A stretch of DNA of 58,001 nt, filler included, from Sphacelaria rigidula (lineage: Eukaryota), in assembly GCA_964200075.2 (NCBI GenBank). It is 8 parts of 8 records of this genome, joined end to end, with 100 filler letters (N's around TTAATTAATTAA, not from the genome) between each part and the next. Parts side by side here need not be neighbours in the genome. Positions count along the whole stretch, not along the records: positions 29,053 to 36,215 come from CAXNAA020016187.1; positions 36,316 to 43,477 come from CAXNAA020016188.1; positions 43,578 to 50,739 come from CAXNAA020016189.1; 5 more parts are not named here. One strand, 5' to 3'. The position numbers and the translations under genes are program-made. The notes beneath the pieces are model-generated. The model made no database searches, was not told where the DNA came from, and saw only the letters and a list, made by a program, of their open reading frames with translations. The first letter of the stretch is position 1, and each line of letters starts with the position of its first letter. This document shows positions 34,821-46,829 of the stretch, in pieces.

Positions 34821-35004
34821 CTGTATTTCAAGGTACGAAGGCGGATCGCGTTTACCCAACGAACAAGCGAAGGGGTGTGTTTCCTTCAGCTACAAGTTCT
34901 TCGTGACATGGCACTTAAGGTCAAAACATTTGTATTTTTACCAGCCCGTTTTCAGCGCTTTCGGGATTGTACAAGATACTGCTGAATGCCCCCTGAAACA
35001 CGTA

Positions 35005-36200
35005 CGAGCTGGGCCAGCCTAGAAACGGATTTAAGCTCTCGAAGCGATATCTCAACGACACAGACGAGTTGAGCCGTGATCTGCATATCGTATTAATCGT
35101 CTAATCAAGGGGAAGGTGCCCATCTGCTCAATAATCTGGGCCAATTTTTTCTCGTTGAATAAACCCCATATCTAGTAATTCCTATACCTAGCGGAGACAG
35201 CGCCCACACTAAAATCTATATGAAACCCCGAACGATTGATGAAGCGGATGATGACGATTTTTGGTGTGGACCTTCCCTGGAGCACGGGGAGACGACAGAT
35301 ACTCTCACTTTCACCTAATTCGTAATCTATCTCGAGATATGGCGCACATAAATTTCCATACTAAAAATCAGTATATTACGAGCAGAGGCACTAGATGACC
35401 TAGATCTGGATATCGCGTCTCAGCTTTTGAGAGTTGTGCTATGAAATAAGGTATGGACATCATGAAAGAAACAGCACAGCTTTCAGGGGGTTTTGTCGGT
35501 TTTTTTCTTCTTTTTTTTTATTTTTCTCGTGTTTTCTGGGGGGTTTCGAGGAGAAATGAACATTGCTCTTTGGCCTTATCTCAATTATTTAGATCATTTT
35601 TTATAATTGTGATTTGAAACTTGGAATAGAAAACGACAGAGATATGCTGAGTAAAAAAAAAAGAATGGCCTTCATTTTTTTTTTCATGAGAGGTTCGGGC
35701 GTTCTCGTAAAAAATTGATCGTTACCACAGTAAAACGCCCTCAATCAGTGAAAAATAAAATAAAAACCAACCTCATCCATTTATCTTGGTTCATCATGAC
35801 CTAGCGAGGTCCCGCACAAAGTTTCAACCCACAAACACCAAACGTGGGCCGATAAACGGCCAGCAAAGTACTGTTCTGAATTTCCGCCGGCCCGGTTTTT
35901 CAAAGGTGAAATCGCAATTTTCTTCTTGGAGTTAGACAGTGAAATTTGGTATGGACAATCAACAGGGCATGAAAAAGAGCTGTCTACGAGGTCCCGAAGT
36001 TTTTTTCTATTTTTTTCATGAGCTAAGGGCAAAAATCAGTTTTGAGGTTTTAATAAATGCCCTCAACTCATGAAAAAAAAAAACTTGGGGACGTCACAGA
36101 CAGCTTTTTTTCATGCCCTGTTGATTGTACATACCAAATTTCACTTTCCAACTCCAAGAAAAAAATTGCGAATTCGCCTGCAAACTATAAATCCGCTTGT
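35005..36200. mobile_element. Family A TIR element, copy 4
   Basis: TA|CGAGCTGGGCCAGCCTAGAAACGG. Internal hairpin at about 35912-36030 versus 36058-36170. Confidence 0.82.
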
Positions 36201-36315
36201 ACCCTGGGTTCGTCANNNNNNNNNNNNNNNNNNNNNNNNNNNNNNNNNNNNNNNNNNNNTTAATTAATTAANNNNNNNNNNNNNNNNNNNNNNNNNNNNN
36301 NNNNNNNNNNNNNNN

Positions 36316-39300
36316 CTAGTTGTCCCGCTAATTTGCTACAGAGTAAAAACTCACACAATGCAAGCAGCCAGGCTGTGCATATTTCCAACACAAGGTACAC
36401 ATGGCATTTGGGCAATTCATCAGTTACACCGAATATTACACGTTGAAACGCACCTGGAGCTCCGGCGGCACCTTGTGGTGTAACCAACCACTCGTACAAA
36501 CCTGATGGCGCGCAAAACGCTGTCAGTTCAATGGAATTCGGATCCATCACGAGCTGGTGGTAGCTGGACTGCATGTCAAAGTTCGAAAATACTCTACCCC
36601 CGCCAAGAGAGTCAATAATTTCATCAATCCGTGGAAGTGGCAGCTGGGCGATTTTGGTGACAGCGTTCAATGGTTGGTAGTTGACAGTCAGTCCGATTTT
36701 GCCATTCTTCTTACGGACGACTACTAGAGACGTCGAGTGCCGAATCAAACCGGCGGATAAGTAACCATCGAGAATTACCCGGATCTTATCCGCTAAGAGG
36801 GGGTTCGTACGGTACGGACGCATAGCGATAGGGGGAGTGCCATCAGGAGTCTTGATCTTAAACGGTGTCGTGGTACATCGACCTAAATCCAAGGGTGCAG
36901 TAGAAAACCGTCCAGAATATCTCATCAAGATGGATCTCAATCTATCGATTACAGTGGGTGTCCAACCATCGCCAGATAGATAAAAAACAATATGCTGTAA
37001 GTGAGGGGGAATGTAATCCCACAACTTTCGAAAACTGGCGCGTTGATCTGAAGAAAATCTACCCAGTAATGCAGTTGGGAGTTGAGGGTCGCATCTGGTG
37101 GATTTGTCACGACCATGGGGTCAGACATGTGTAGCGGAGGGGGGCCCGTGGATTTCGGGGGGTCGGTCGGCAAGTGGTTCTTCGCCGGGGGGCACAAATC
37201 TGACAGGGCGGTTCGTACGAGAGACGCTTGAGCATAACCCAACAACTGATCGTTGAGTATATCAAAACATGCAGGGGACGTGAGGTAAATGACCTGCCTA
37301 CCTTCGTGGACAAATACTTCGGTCTGCTCAAACGGACCAACCTGTGCTTGGTCAGATTTGAGCAACTCGACCAAATAATGTTCCGTGAGGGCGGGCGATC
37401 CATTGCGTCTCACGAGGTTCACTTGTATCAGTTGCGGTTTACGAGAAAGCGAGACTACAGGTTCACCAACATAGTACAGACGGCAAGCATCACCTGTTTG
37501 CGTGGGGTCATCCTCATAAGCATGAGCGCCCGAATCAGTGTCGAAGTGACCCAAAGACAGTTTGCCTGTTACTGGACGGTTGGGGACAGGTGTGTCCGTC
37601 GTATACGTATGTGTGGAAGAACGAAGCCAACTATCTCGACCCAACAAAACATCAAAAGACATGGAACCATTGGGCACAATTGGTACCTATACGAACAACC
37701 GAGCAGTGGGCGTAGTATCGTGGTAGAATTGTACACTTAGCCTCACCGATTGATTGGCCGCAAGACATGTGGAGGAACCAAAGCCACCGAAAACGCGGGG
37801 GTGCACGCTGGACAGACAATGCTCGTCCGCCGCGCCCGCGTTGATCATCTGTTGCCAGCGGCTGGCTGTGATGAACGTTTGAGGCGAACCAGAGTCTGGT
37901 AGTGCAAAAGCTATCAAATGACAGTTTGCACGCGATCCACTATGTAAACCTATCTTGGTCGTGAAAGAAGCATCATCCATAGTTACAGTACCACTGACGA
38001 GATCGGGCCCGAATGCGGGCAAGACATCTGACACACCCTGCTTTGCGTTTTGAACGAAGGTGCTAAAATACACCCGTTGATGATCCTGTGGGACAAGCTT
38101 TTGGTCGGAAGGATGGTGCGTGCATGGAGTGTCAGTGTTTGTGCCTGAAATATTTGTTTCATCAGTCGAGGGTTGAATCTCATATACTGCAACGGAGGGG
38201 TGATGCCGGGGAAGGGCAGTTGTCGTGGTTGAACCCGACAACTGATCTGTGCGTGGTGTTTCACCCTTATTGGCCAACAGAGGGGGCGAATCATCATTGT
38301 GCAAAGCGGGATCAATTGCATCATCCAGCTTGGTCGGAACAGAGGACGATTCATCGGGGCGCGGTGTTGAGTTTGATACGCCAATCAACTCAATACTATC
38401 ACTAGTTAAGGCCAACATGGGAGGTTTCGGAGACGATTCGTCAAGACGCGGGATTGGTAAAGCTGTACTGTTCAACCCGGCGTTTATGAAAGAGACTAAC
38501 GTGGGCGAGTTAGGAGACGAGTCGTCTTGCGTAACAATTTATTTGCCTGGTCATGAACACACGATTGACGTGCCTTCATGACTAGGATGCGAACGTCCAT
38601 GAGTCGGCGAAATCTCTGTCCCTACAGACGGCAACGCTTCATCGGAAATGGGTTCTAACGAAGTGTATGCCGGGTGGTCAGGGAGCAGTAACGATCTGTT
38701 CGAAATCTGGGGAGTATCGGCCTGTTCCACTCTAACGTTTTCATCTGTCTGAGCCCACACGCAGTCTCTTCCTTGGAGTTCACGTGCGCTTGCTGCATCA
38801 GGATTATGTACATGGTCATCTGAAGAAGCCCGCCGAGGGTGACGCGTGTAGCGCACGAAAGGGTCGGCGTCTCCAGGAGCTATTGAAATGAGTTCTCGGA
38901 CAGTCGAACCTAGGTCACGCTCTTGGCGAACCACCTGAGTCGCTGTCACTTGGGGTTCCATTCCAACCCGCTGAGCGACGGATAGCATGGGTTCTTTGCG
39001 GTTGCGACCTTCAAGGAATAATTACGCTCATCGAATAAGAGGGAACCGGGTACCGTAGTTTTTGCGGAACTCGGTAGGGTGGTTAGCCGGGTACTTGAGC
39101 AATTGGGGGGTGCTCGAGTGTGTGGCTTCGGATTTTGTGTTCTCCAATGAACGGTCGGAGCAGCAGTGTCTATCGTACCAGAGGGTATTTCGGCTCCTGA
39201 TGCGTGAGAAAGTACATTAGATGACTTCCTCTCCTTTGAAGGGAGGGGATTCGATTGAATATGACTAGTACCTGATGAATGTAAAATTGGGCGATCAAAT

Positions 39301-40850
39301 CCAGGGTTCAAACGTTGGGTTTGGTCACTGCTCAATTGATAGCCATGCAACGGTGCACGGTCTTCGGCTGTCTTGGAACCCTTCAAGGCAGTGTTAGCAT
39401 ATCCAGGGAACCCACACCACATGGTTGAACCCGCGGTGGCCACCGCTGATTCGTGCGTGTGATGCATGTGACCTGGCCGAACGAAAAAAAATGATTGACA
39501 TAAAATTGTTGGATACTTCTGCAGTGAATTACCGGTCATTGTTCATTTGTAATTGTGGGGTTGTACCAACCAATGAGAAATGAATTACAGAAGTAGAAAA
39601 TAAACAGGCAAGTGACGGGACTTAGGTTTTGAGCTAACCAACGCGTCCTGGGTTACCCCGCTGTATGCTATTTGGAATCTCCGCAACTTGTAGAATGTTG
39701 CCAAAAGGTTGTCAAGTTGTGAGGCGAGCATCAGTGCTGTGTGGGTACCACCCTGGCGGGGTTCAGCCGCGGCACTAGGCCCCCTCATGTGTAAACTCCT
39801 ATCGTTTGTGAATGAGTCGGTGCATGTGGTTGAAAGTGTGACAGGTCAGGTGGGTCTGGCGGTGAATCAGTTGTCACCTTGGGGTCGGAGCAGGCGACCG
39901 TACGAACGCAGTTGTGATCGCCAGACTTGCCAACATAGTCCAAAATGACGCGAAGCTTCCAAGTGCCTTTTTGTCAACAGCTTATATTCTTGCTCCGCAA
40001 TTTCCAGAGCCTTCGTGGATTTGCGTATCGCGCGCTCTAGTTCATTCTGTTTTGTTGGCTTTTCTTCGGGGTGGACATCTACATTATGGGAGGCCTGAGC
40101 GGGCTCCTGGACCCTTGTAGATACCTGTAGGCGGGCATATTCCAACTCTCTGTGCTCGAGTTTCATGTGGTGTGCTAGATCGTTACTGCGGATCTGATCC
40201 CAGCACGCTGTTTGTTCAGCCACTGAGAAGTTGTACCAATGGCGCGGTGGAATGAAGGCTGGACGCTTTTGCCGAAACCGGTCGTGTGTTTCGTCATTCG
40301 TGGGCAGGTATTGTTCCAATGTGGGCGACGTATCAAAAGCCAGAGTGGGGCGATCAGAGAATTCAGCACCGGTTTAGGTGCGGAGGTTATCGCCAGGAAA
40401 GGTTTCCGTAGCATCAGGGTTCACGTGGAAAGATGCCATCTGAGAAAGAAGAGTCGGGATACTGTCAGCGTTTTGGAGGGCTGCTTGGTGTGTAGTGGTG
40501 TGTTCACTGAGGGAGGGGAGGTGAGCATGGGGAGGACAAGTACCGTCCTCATCATAATCTTCAGCCACACCTGAAAATGTGCCCTGCAAGAACGCTATCA
40601 TCGTCGTCGAAATAGTCCGGATTGTTGTTGTCAACCGTCTCACTACGCATGGTTTGGGTTGATTTGTACGGTTGTTCACCATTGTCTGTAGGGATCGCAC
40701 CGTTCTTCGTGACATCGTGCTTCGATGAAGTCGAAGGGCGGTTGATATCAGACATTGCTTGTACACCTGCGCCATTGCGCCAAACCGGTAACGTAGAGAT
40801 GCAGAGGTTAAAACGTGAACGTTTCGAAGTGGAATTCAGCATCGTTGTTG
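36316..40850 (-). mobile_element. Ty3/Gypsy LTR retrotransposon gag-protease-RT, frameshifted and truncated at contig end
   Basis: Protease ALPDSGS (about 37900) and FDVLLGRDSW (about 37650). RT RPYRTNP, LVVVRKKNG..VNYQPLN, PLPRIDEIIDSLGGGRVFSNFDMQSSYHQL, TAFCAPSGLYEW..PQG. Gag-like remnants upstream. Confidence 0.92.
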
Positions 40851-41799
40851 AGGACTGAGGCGGTGGGAACAAAACAATAAAGGAATAGAGTGGCAGGGTA
40901 TTGCCGACAGCCGATCGACATGTAGTTCCGCGCACTCCGCACATGCATGAGGTCTACCACCTTTTCAATCAGGCGCAGACGAAAGGGAAATATATATATA
41001 TATATATATATGTCGAAGGCACACGACAACCCGTATGTGTGTGCGTTGGTGGACGAAGGGTAGTAGCAAAGAGACAAGAAAACGAAAGCTGTCACAATCA
41101 ACACATACAGTGACTGTCATCAGCGCAACAGCGCATTGGATAACCTGCATGCTATGAAAGGGATATACGTGCGGGACGCAGCGAACCGCAACGTCAATCG
41201 CTCAGTTCTGTCTTGAGAACATGTTGAGGTTGAGAGAAAAACAAACCACAACTGTCGGATGCCGAGTTGGAGTCTTGGTGACGTACATCGTACAGGTAGG
41301 GAGTTAATGAACGTACAAGCACAACCGAAATACAACTGTGTAGTGCAGTACAACAGCAGCGTACAAAGCACCAGACAGAAAAATGCTGTGTGGCACAGTA
41401 CAGTACATATGATCTCCGCGTGGCGCAGCGGGGGTGGTCCGCAGTTCAGTACGATGTCAATAGTTCGCATCACATGAAAAACAAATCCGACACAACGTTA
41501 TACCCGCGCCTTGTGCAATCATATCGGGATTGCGATATAGATGGCTTTGTTTAGGTAGGGGAGCAGTACCAACGTTGGCTGTAGCACGGCACCTCATCGT
41601 CCGTAAAGATATTGCCCGCTGAGACCACTTGTAATTCAAGCGGCACTGTACTGTGCACAGTACCTCAATTCGGAACAATATTTCAACGCAGGAGGTACGC
41701 GGCTTTCTGGGCGGTTGGTACGTGTTGCAGTGGTGGTGTTGGTGGGGAGGCAACCAAACTATAGTGTACACTGGTGACGGGTGCAAGTGACAGAGTACA

Positions 41800-43440
41800 A
41801 AGTCGAGAGCTTGTGTACAAGTAACATGAGCCTCGCGCCTAGATGTGTTCAATCATGCTCGTGTACGAACAAAATTTTCATCCTGGTCCATCATGCCGCA
41901 TCGATATAAGTCGGTGCGCATGGTGGCTCAACGTTCCGTGTTTGGAAGAAAAGTCGTCTGCGCAGCGGGGTGAATATGAAACAGCCCGTACACGCTCTGT
42001 TTGCCAAGAGAGGCCAGTAGTGGAACACACGTCTGGCGGCTCAGTGTTGACCGAGCCGAGAAGGGATGCGGAGGGGTGCTGGAGCGAAGGGGAGAATAAA
42101 GCGTCGTGTCTAGAACAAGCGTACTGCAAAAAAAACTTGAGCGACATGGATAACAACGGCCCGTGTGCGGAGAAAATGTGGGGCCGGAGTACAAATTATA
42201 TGTGGGTGGTGATGCTGTTGTTTTTTCGAACCGTGTACAACGGTACGAAAGAGAATCCATCTGTCCCGGGGTATTGATTTGCCCCGTCAATTTGGCCTGT
42301 GGGTGTGGAAGGGGTTTGTTGTATAGCGAGAGATCGGTCGCGAACGCGGGCGCCTCAAGCGCCTGAGCGTGCGCTCGTCAATGTCTGAGACGAAACTAGG
42401 TACAATGCGCGACATCTGGTGCCTGTGGTCAAACCAGATACAACTGGAAGTAGCCCGTGGACAGCTGTCGTGAAAAAAAAAACACACCCACAACAAGTGT
42501 ACAAATATCAAGTGAAAACAAGGGCCGAAAATACAAGGTTTTCGAGAGAAAACCGTGAGCTGGTGGTTGGCTGTGTGTACACAGTCAACAGCGGCCGACC
42601 GAGAAAGGAAAACCGTACAGCTTGAATGAAACAAGCTACCTCTGCAGACTTGCCGGTGGATCGAGTGGATTCGGGGGAGATGCTGCTCACAAATACCCTC
42701 AGAAGCTCCAAGCTACGCATACAATCTTGTCATATAAATACAACAACAGCGTGACGCACTGTACCGTAAGCCAATCAAAGCAGGTAAACGCGGCTAATCG
42801 GGTACAATCCTATCTACCTTCAAGCAGCTGCGTCAACATTAAAAGGATCCAAATCCTGCCTCATACAAACAAACAATCGACTAGACTCTTTCCATACCCG
42901 CCGATCGTTCCTAGGGACCATCTGCACATCCCAAATAACAAGTTTTAATTTAGGCACTCAGTCATTTATCATCACAGTTACATAGTGTTGACCGGAATCC
43001 ATGACAATATATCAGGTCGCATCATATCATGGGATCCATTGTACACTACTATAACTTGAGCTGACGATTTCGGTTCCACAAAACCAACAGCATTGCGGAC
43101 TTGCTCCGCGAACGCACGATCAACAGAGTCGATGTTGTTTCCATGCAAGGTCACGACTGTTTCTCGTCGGTTCACATCACAATACGTTCTGACCGGAAAT
43201 AATTCAAGGCCATCACGTCCTACTAGAATGTCATACTTCATTATTCCATCAGGTACAACATGGACATTAATTGCTAAACATGCTTGTCCATTCTGAACTG
43301 ACATTCGCGGGTTGGGTCTTCTAGGCCACAGTCTGATATTCAACCGCACCTGTGAAGAGGTACACAACGGGACACCATTAAAACCACCCCAGGATACCGG
43401 ATCTATCTCTCGGGCGCCTTCAATGAACAGCCGATCCTAA
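41800..43440 (-). mobile_element. Second, older Gypsy remnant (protease at 42978-43440; probable decayed pol 3' end at 41800-42600)
   Basis: VRLNIRL..VHVVPDGIMKYDILVGRDG parallels VRLSVQF..VPNGSMSFDVLLGRDS of the neighbouring element. The 3' part is weakly supported. Confidence 0.6.
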
Positions 43441-43858
43441 TTTTTGGGGTTGAAACATAAAATGAGGTTGAAGTCCCNNNNNNNNNNNNNNNNNNNNNNN
43501 NNNNNNNNNNNNNNNNNNNNNTTAATTAATTAANNNNNNNNNNNNNNNNNNNNNNNNNNNNNNNNNNNNNNNNNNNNAAGGCGAGCCTACGTCTGTGACC
43601 ACGGGTTTGCGAGATCGGACTAATGTCCAGAAATAATTATAATAATTACCTACCCCGAACAAATGTTACCGGTAATGAACATCCCTGATATAACATGCAT
43701 TTATCAACTATTTTTTATTTTTTCAAGAAAATGATCATACTCGTCCTACCGCCGGTGGTAGCCTGTGACCACGGAAGACGTCCGATTCAAAAGCCCAGTC
43801 CGATTCAGAAGCCCAGTACAGCGCTGCGCAGATACCGGAACGACTTTTTAATGTGAAG

Positions 43859-43917
43859 ACAACAACAACAACAACAACAACAACAACAGCAGCAGCAACA
43901 ACAGAAACAACAACAAC
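43859..43917. repeat. (AAC/AGC)n microsatellite
   Basis: Direct reading. Confidence 0.95.
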
Positions 43918-46294
43918 CGCCAAAGGTCAACGCTTGGCTCGTGTACTCATAGTGATAACAACAGCAGTACAGTATCTTAACGCGTCGTGGGCATTTTTGG
44001 TACTCTGTTGTTGTACAATGTACCCGTGAGAAACCTATAGGTCCAAAAAGGTATATAGGCAGGGTACACTTCTTACCTCTACCTATTGTACACAGAATAG
44101 ACAGCGGTACAGCCTCACAGACAGGACAAACGCGTGCGGACCGTATAGCACAAGCGTTATGGGTACCTCACGCAGTGTACGGCATGTGACCGTAGGCTTG
44201 ACAACCTCACTCGCTTCGGTGTATTTTGAGAGGGAAAATGCCGAGTCGTGGGGAGAGCGGATCGCGAAACACTACTCATACACATGCAATTGGTCCATCG
44301 GGTCTCAGTAGTGACAGTATGTCGTCAAGTCGGTCCGGGTGTTATCCCCAACCGCCTTATGAATACTACAGATAGTACCTGTACACGTGTGTACAACCTG
44401 GTACATAGAACCCAGTATAGATTATGATTTATATACGCGTGGTAAATCTGCTGGTTCGTCTTCGGCGGAAGGCAAACAGCAAAATCAACAAGCGACCACC
44501 TTCCGAGACATCACGTACAGGAGGTAAGACATAAGATGGACATGAGACACACACCACAAAGCCCCCCCCCCTCCCCTCCCCCTCTTCCCCCCGTGCCTCC
44601 GCAATACCACAAGCTTTATTGACTAATTATCCAGGGATATATTCGCGAATCGCTCTCGTTTGGAGCCCGGGTTGTATGTTGACCTTGCATTCTGAAATTG
44701 GCGGGCGGAGAAGGATTTGTGTTTCGCCTCCCTCCCTGCCTACCGCAATTTGTAGGTGGCGCATGCCCTTGGTGTTTATACTGTTGGATGCCATTAGATG
44801 GTCATGTGGGTGGTAATGTTCACACTTGCGTCGCACTTGACAAGAGTAGACATTGGCGGATAGGTCATAATAAGTGGATGCTCGAGATGAGTGTTGCAAC
44901 GCCGTCGTGTTGACTTGAACTGTCAAAGAGTGGGGCTGTACTTTGTCGACAGTGCGCCGCACCTACTGCCTTCCAGCCCCCAGCACACGTCTCTCGTCCA
45001 CCCACTTTCAAATTGATCTGGCTCCATGTCGTACGCCCTCGGTGAGGACATATATGCATGAATCGAGCGCATTGATCAATCCGCAATTTGTCTCTCTCCG
45101 ATGATATAGTTTTGTACTTTGTTGGCATTTTCAAAAGCACAACAGATGGGATGCGTGAGCCGTTCCTAAAACCGCCAGTGAAACAGCTGTAATTGCTGTA
45201 CAGTACCACGGTACAGTACCATGCTGTAGCAATTTACCTCACCGTACTGCCAGCACACGACGCAGTCAGCACATGCTACAGTGCAGTGCGTTGCAGGCAA
45301 GGCAGTGTATTGTAGTATACTACGCCAAAAAAGAATATGCTGGTACAAAACCTCGATGGTCATCTGCTGTAGCGTGTTGGGCTGGATGGAGGATCCGTCC
45401 GATTCACGCGTCATGATGCTTCGTGTCGTCAAATACCCAGAGTATGTTTTTTCATGCCAAAGTCCATACGACGAAACAATCGAGGTATGCGGTACAGAGC
45501 GCAGCATACTTGAACACTTGCGGAATACGCAGCAGTCGGTTTGGAGTATATTCTGGCGACACTGGTTGAGCACCTTTCCTACTGGCCTTCCCCATTAATC
45601 TCGTAATGTGTACTACTTTGCCATTTACTGCATCCCGGCGCTCGACGTGCTCGTGGTGTGGCCGCTTTTCATGTTCCCATAAACTCTCACATCGGGCGAG
45701 AAGCGAGCACTTTGACCCCCTCGTTTGGTGGGTACACCAGTGCGCGTCCTGTCACTGTTGCAGAGCACGTGCGGTTGCTATGCCCCCCACAGCCTCACAA
45801 AGATACCGTATGTACAGCAGTACAACAGACCGCACTCGTTATCTTCTGCGGTTATGCATGCAGACAGCAGGTTTCATACACCTGTCAAATGTCAATCCTC
45901 ACGGCGAGACGACAAAATGACCGCAAAACCATCACTGCATGAGCAGACCCGGAATGCACATATTGCCAAAACGCCTGCTGCAAAATGTTTTTGGATACGG
46001 TTATTCGAGCGCTGTGCCTTTATCCTCCAATCCCTCTCCCAGTAACCAAACGAGCATCGCACCACCCCCGCCACTACCGTGGCACTATCGTGGGACTGGC
46101 AACCGGCCAACATATACTTCACCACCACCCGCACAACACCTACATGAGAAGAAAAAAAAAAACGATCACCCCGCACCCTTGTCCACCTGTCATTCGTCTT
46201 GCACTGAACCGCCAACGCGCACCGATGTTCATCGCTTCCTTCATGTTCGAACAAAACGTTCAGGAAACAAACGAGACAGTAAACCTCGACAACA

Positions 46295-46732
46295 ATGTCG
46301 ACGTGGGCCGATGCTGACGAGGACGCCTTCCCCGACGTAGTCGGCGCGGCTCCTGCCCAATCCAGCAGCAGCAACAACAACGACCACTACGACGGGCAGG
46401 GCGACGGCGGGGGGGACAGAGGGTACGGGCATGATAGCCGTGGAGGCGGGGAACGGGGCTACGGCGGAGACAGGGGGGGGTACGGTGACAAGGGAGGATA
46501 CGGAAATAGGGGTGGGTATGGGGATAAGGGAGGTTATGGTGACAGGGGAGGTTATGGAGACAGGGGAGGGCATGGGGACAGAGGAGGGGCGAGATACGGT
46601 GATCGCGATGGCGGTGGCGGCGGTGGGAGCAGCTACGGAGGCAGCGGGGGTGGGCCGTCGTCGGGGGGCGGGGGGGGCGGGCGTGATCGTGATCATGAAC
46701 CACAACCGGTGCCAGACGAACCTCCTTACAAG
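46295..46732 (+). CDS. First exon of an eIF4B/eIF4H-like RRM protein with GGYGD(R/K) repeats
   Basis: acaacaATG start, MSTWADADED, tandem GGYGD[RK] repeats, ending QPVPDEPPYK|gtgaag. PxxPPY precedes the RRM (AYVGNL) in eIF4B/eIF4H; the RRM exon is not in this contig. Confidence 0.75.
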
Positions 46733-46829
46733 GTGAAGCATTCGTGAGACAAACGGGTATGCAGTAAACAGCCTTTTGATTGTTTTCAAGATATGGTATT
46801 CTCTCAACACATCACGTAGTGTTGCACTA

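Noticed and set aside
44690..45595. Possible divergent gene upstream of the eIF4B-like exon
   Set aside because: Candidate splice sites gave no consistent, recognisable protein.
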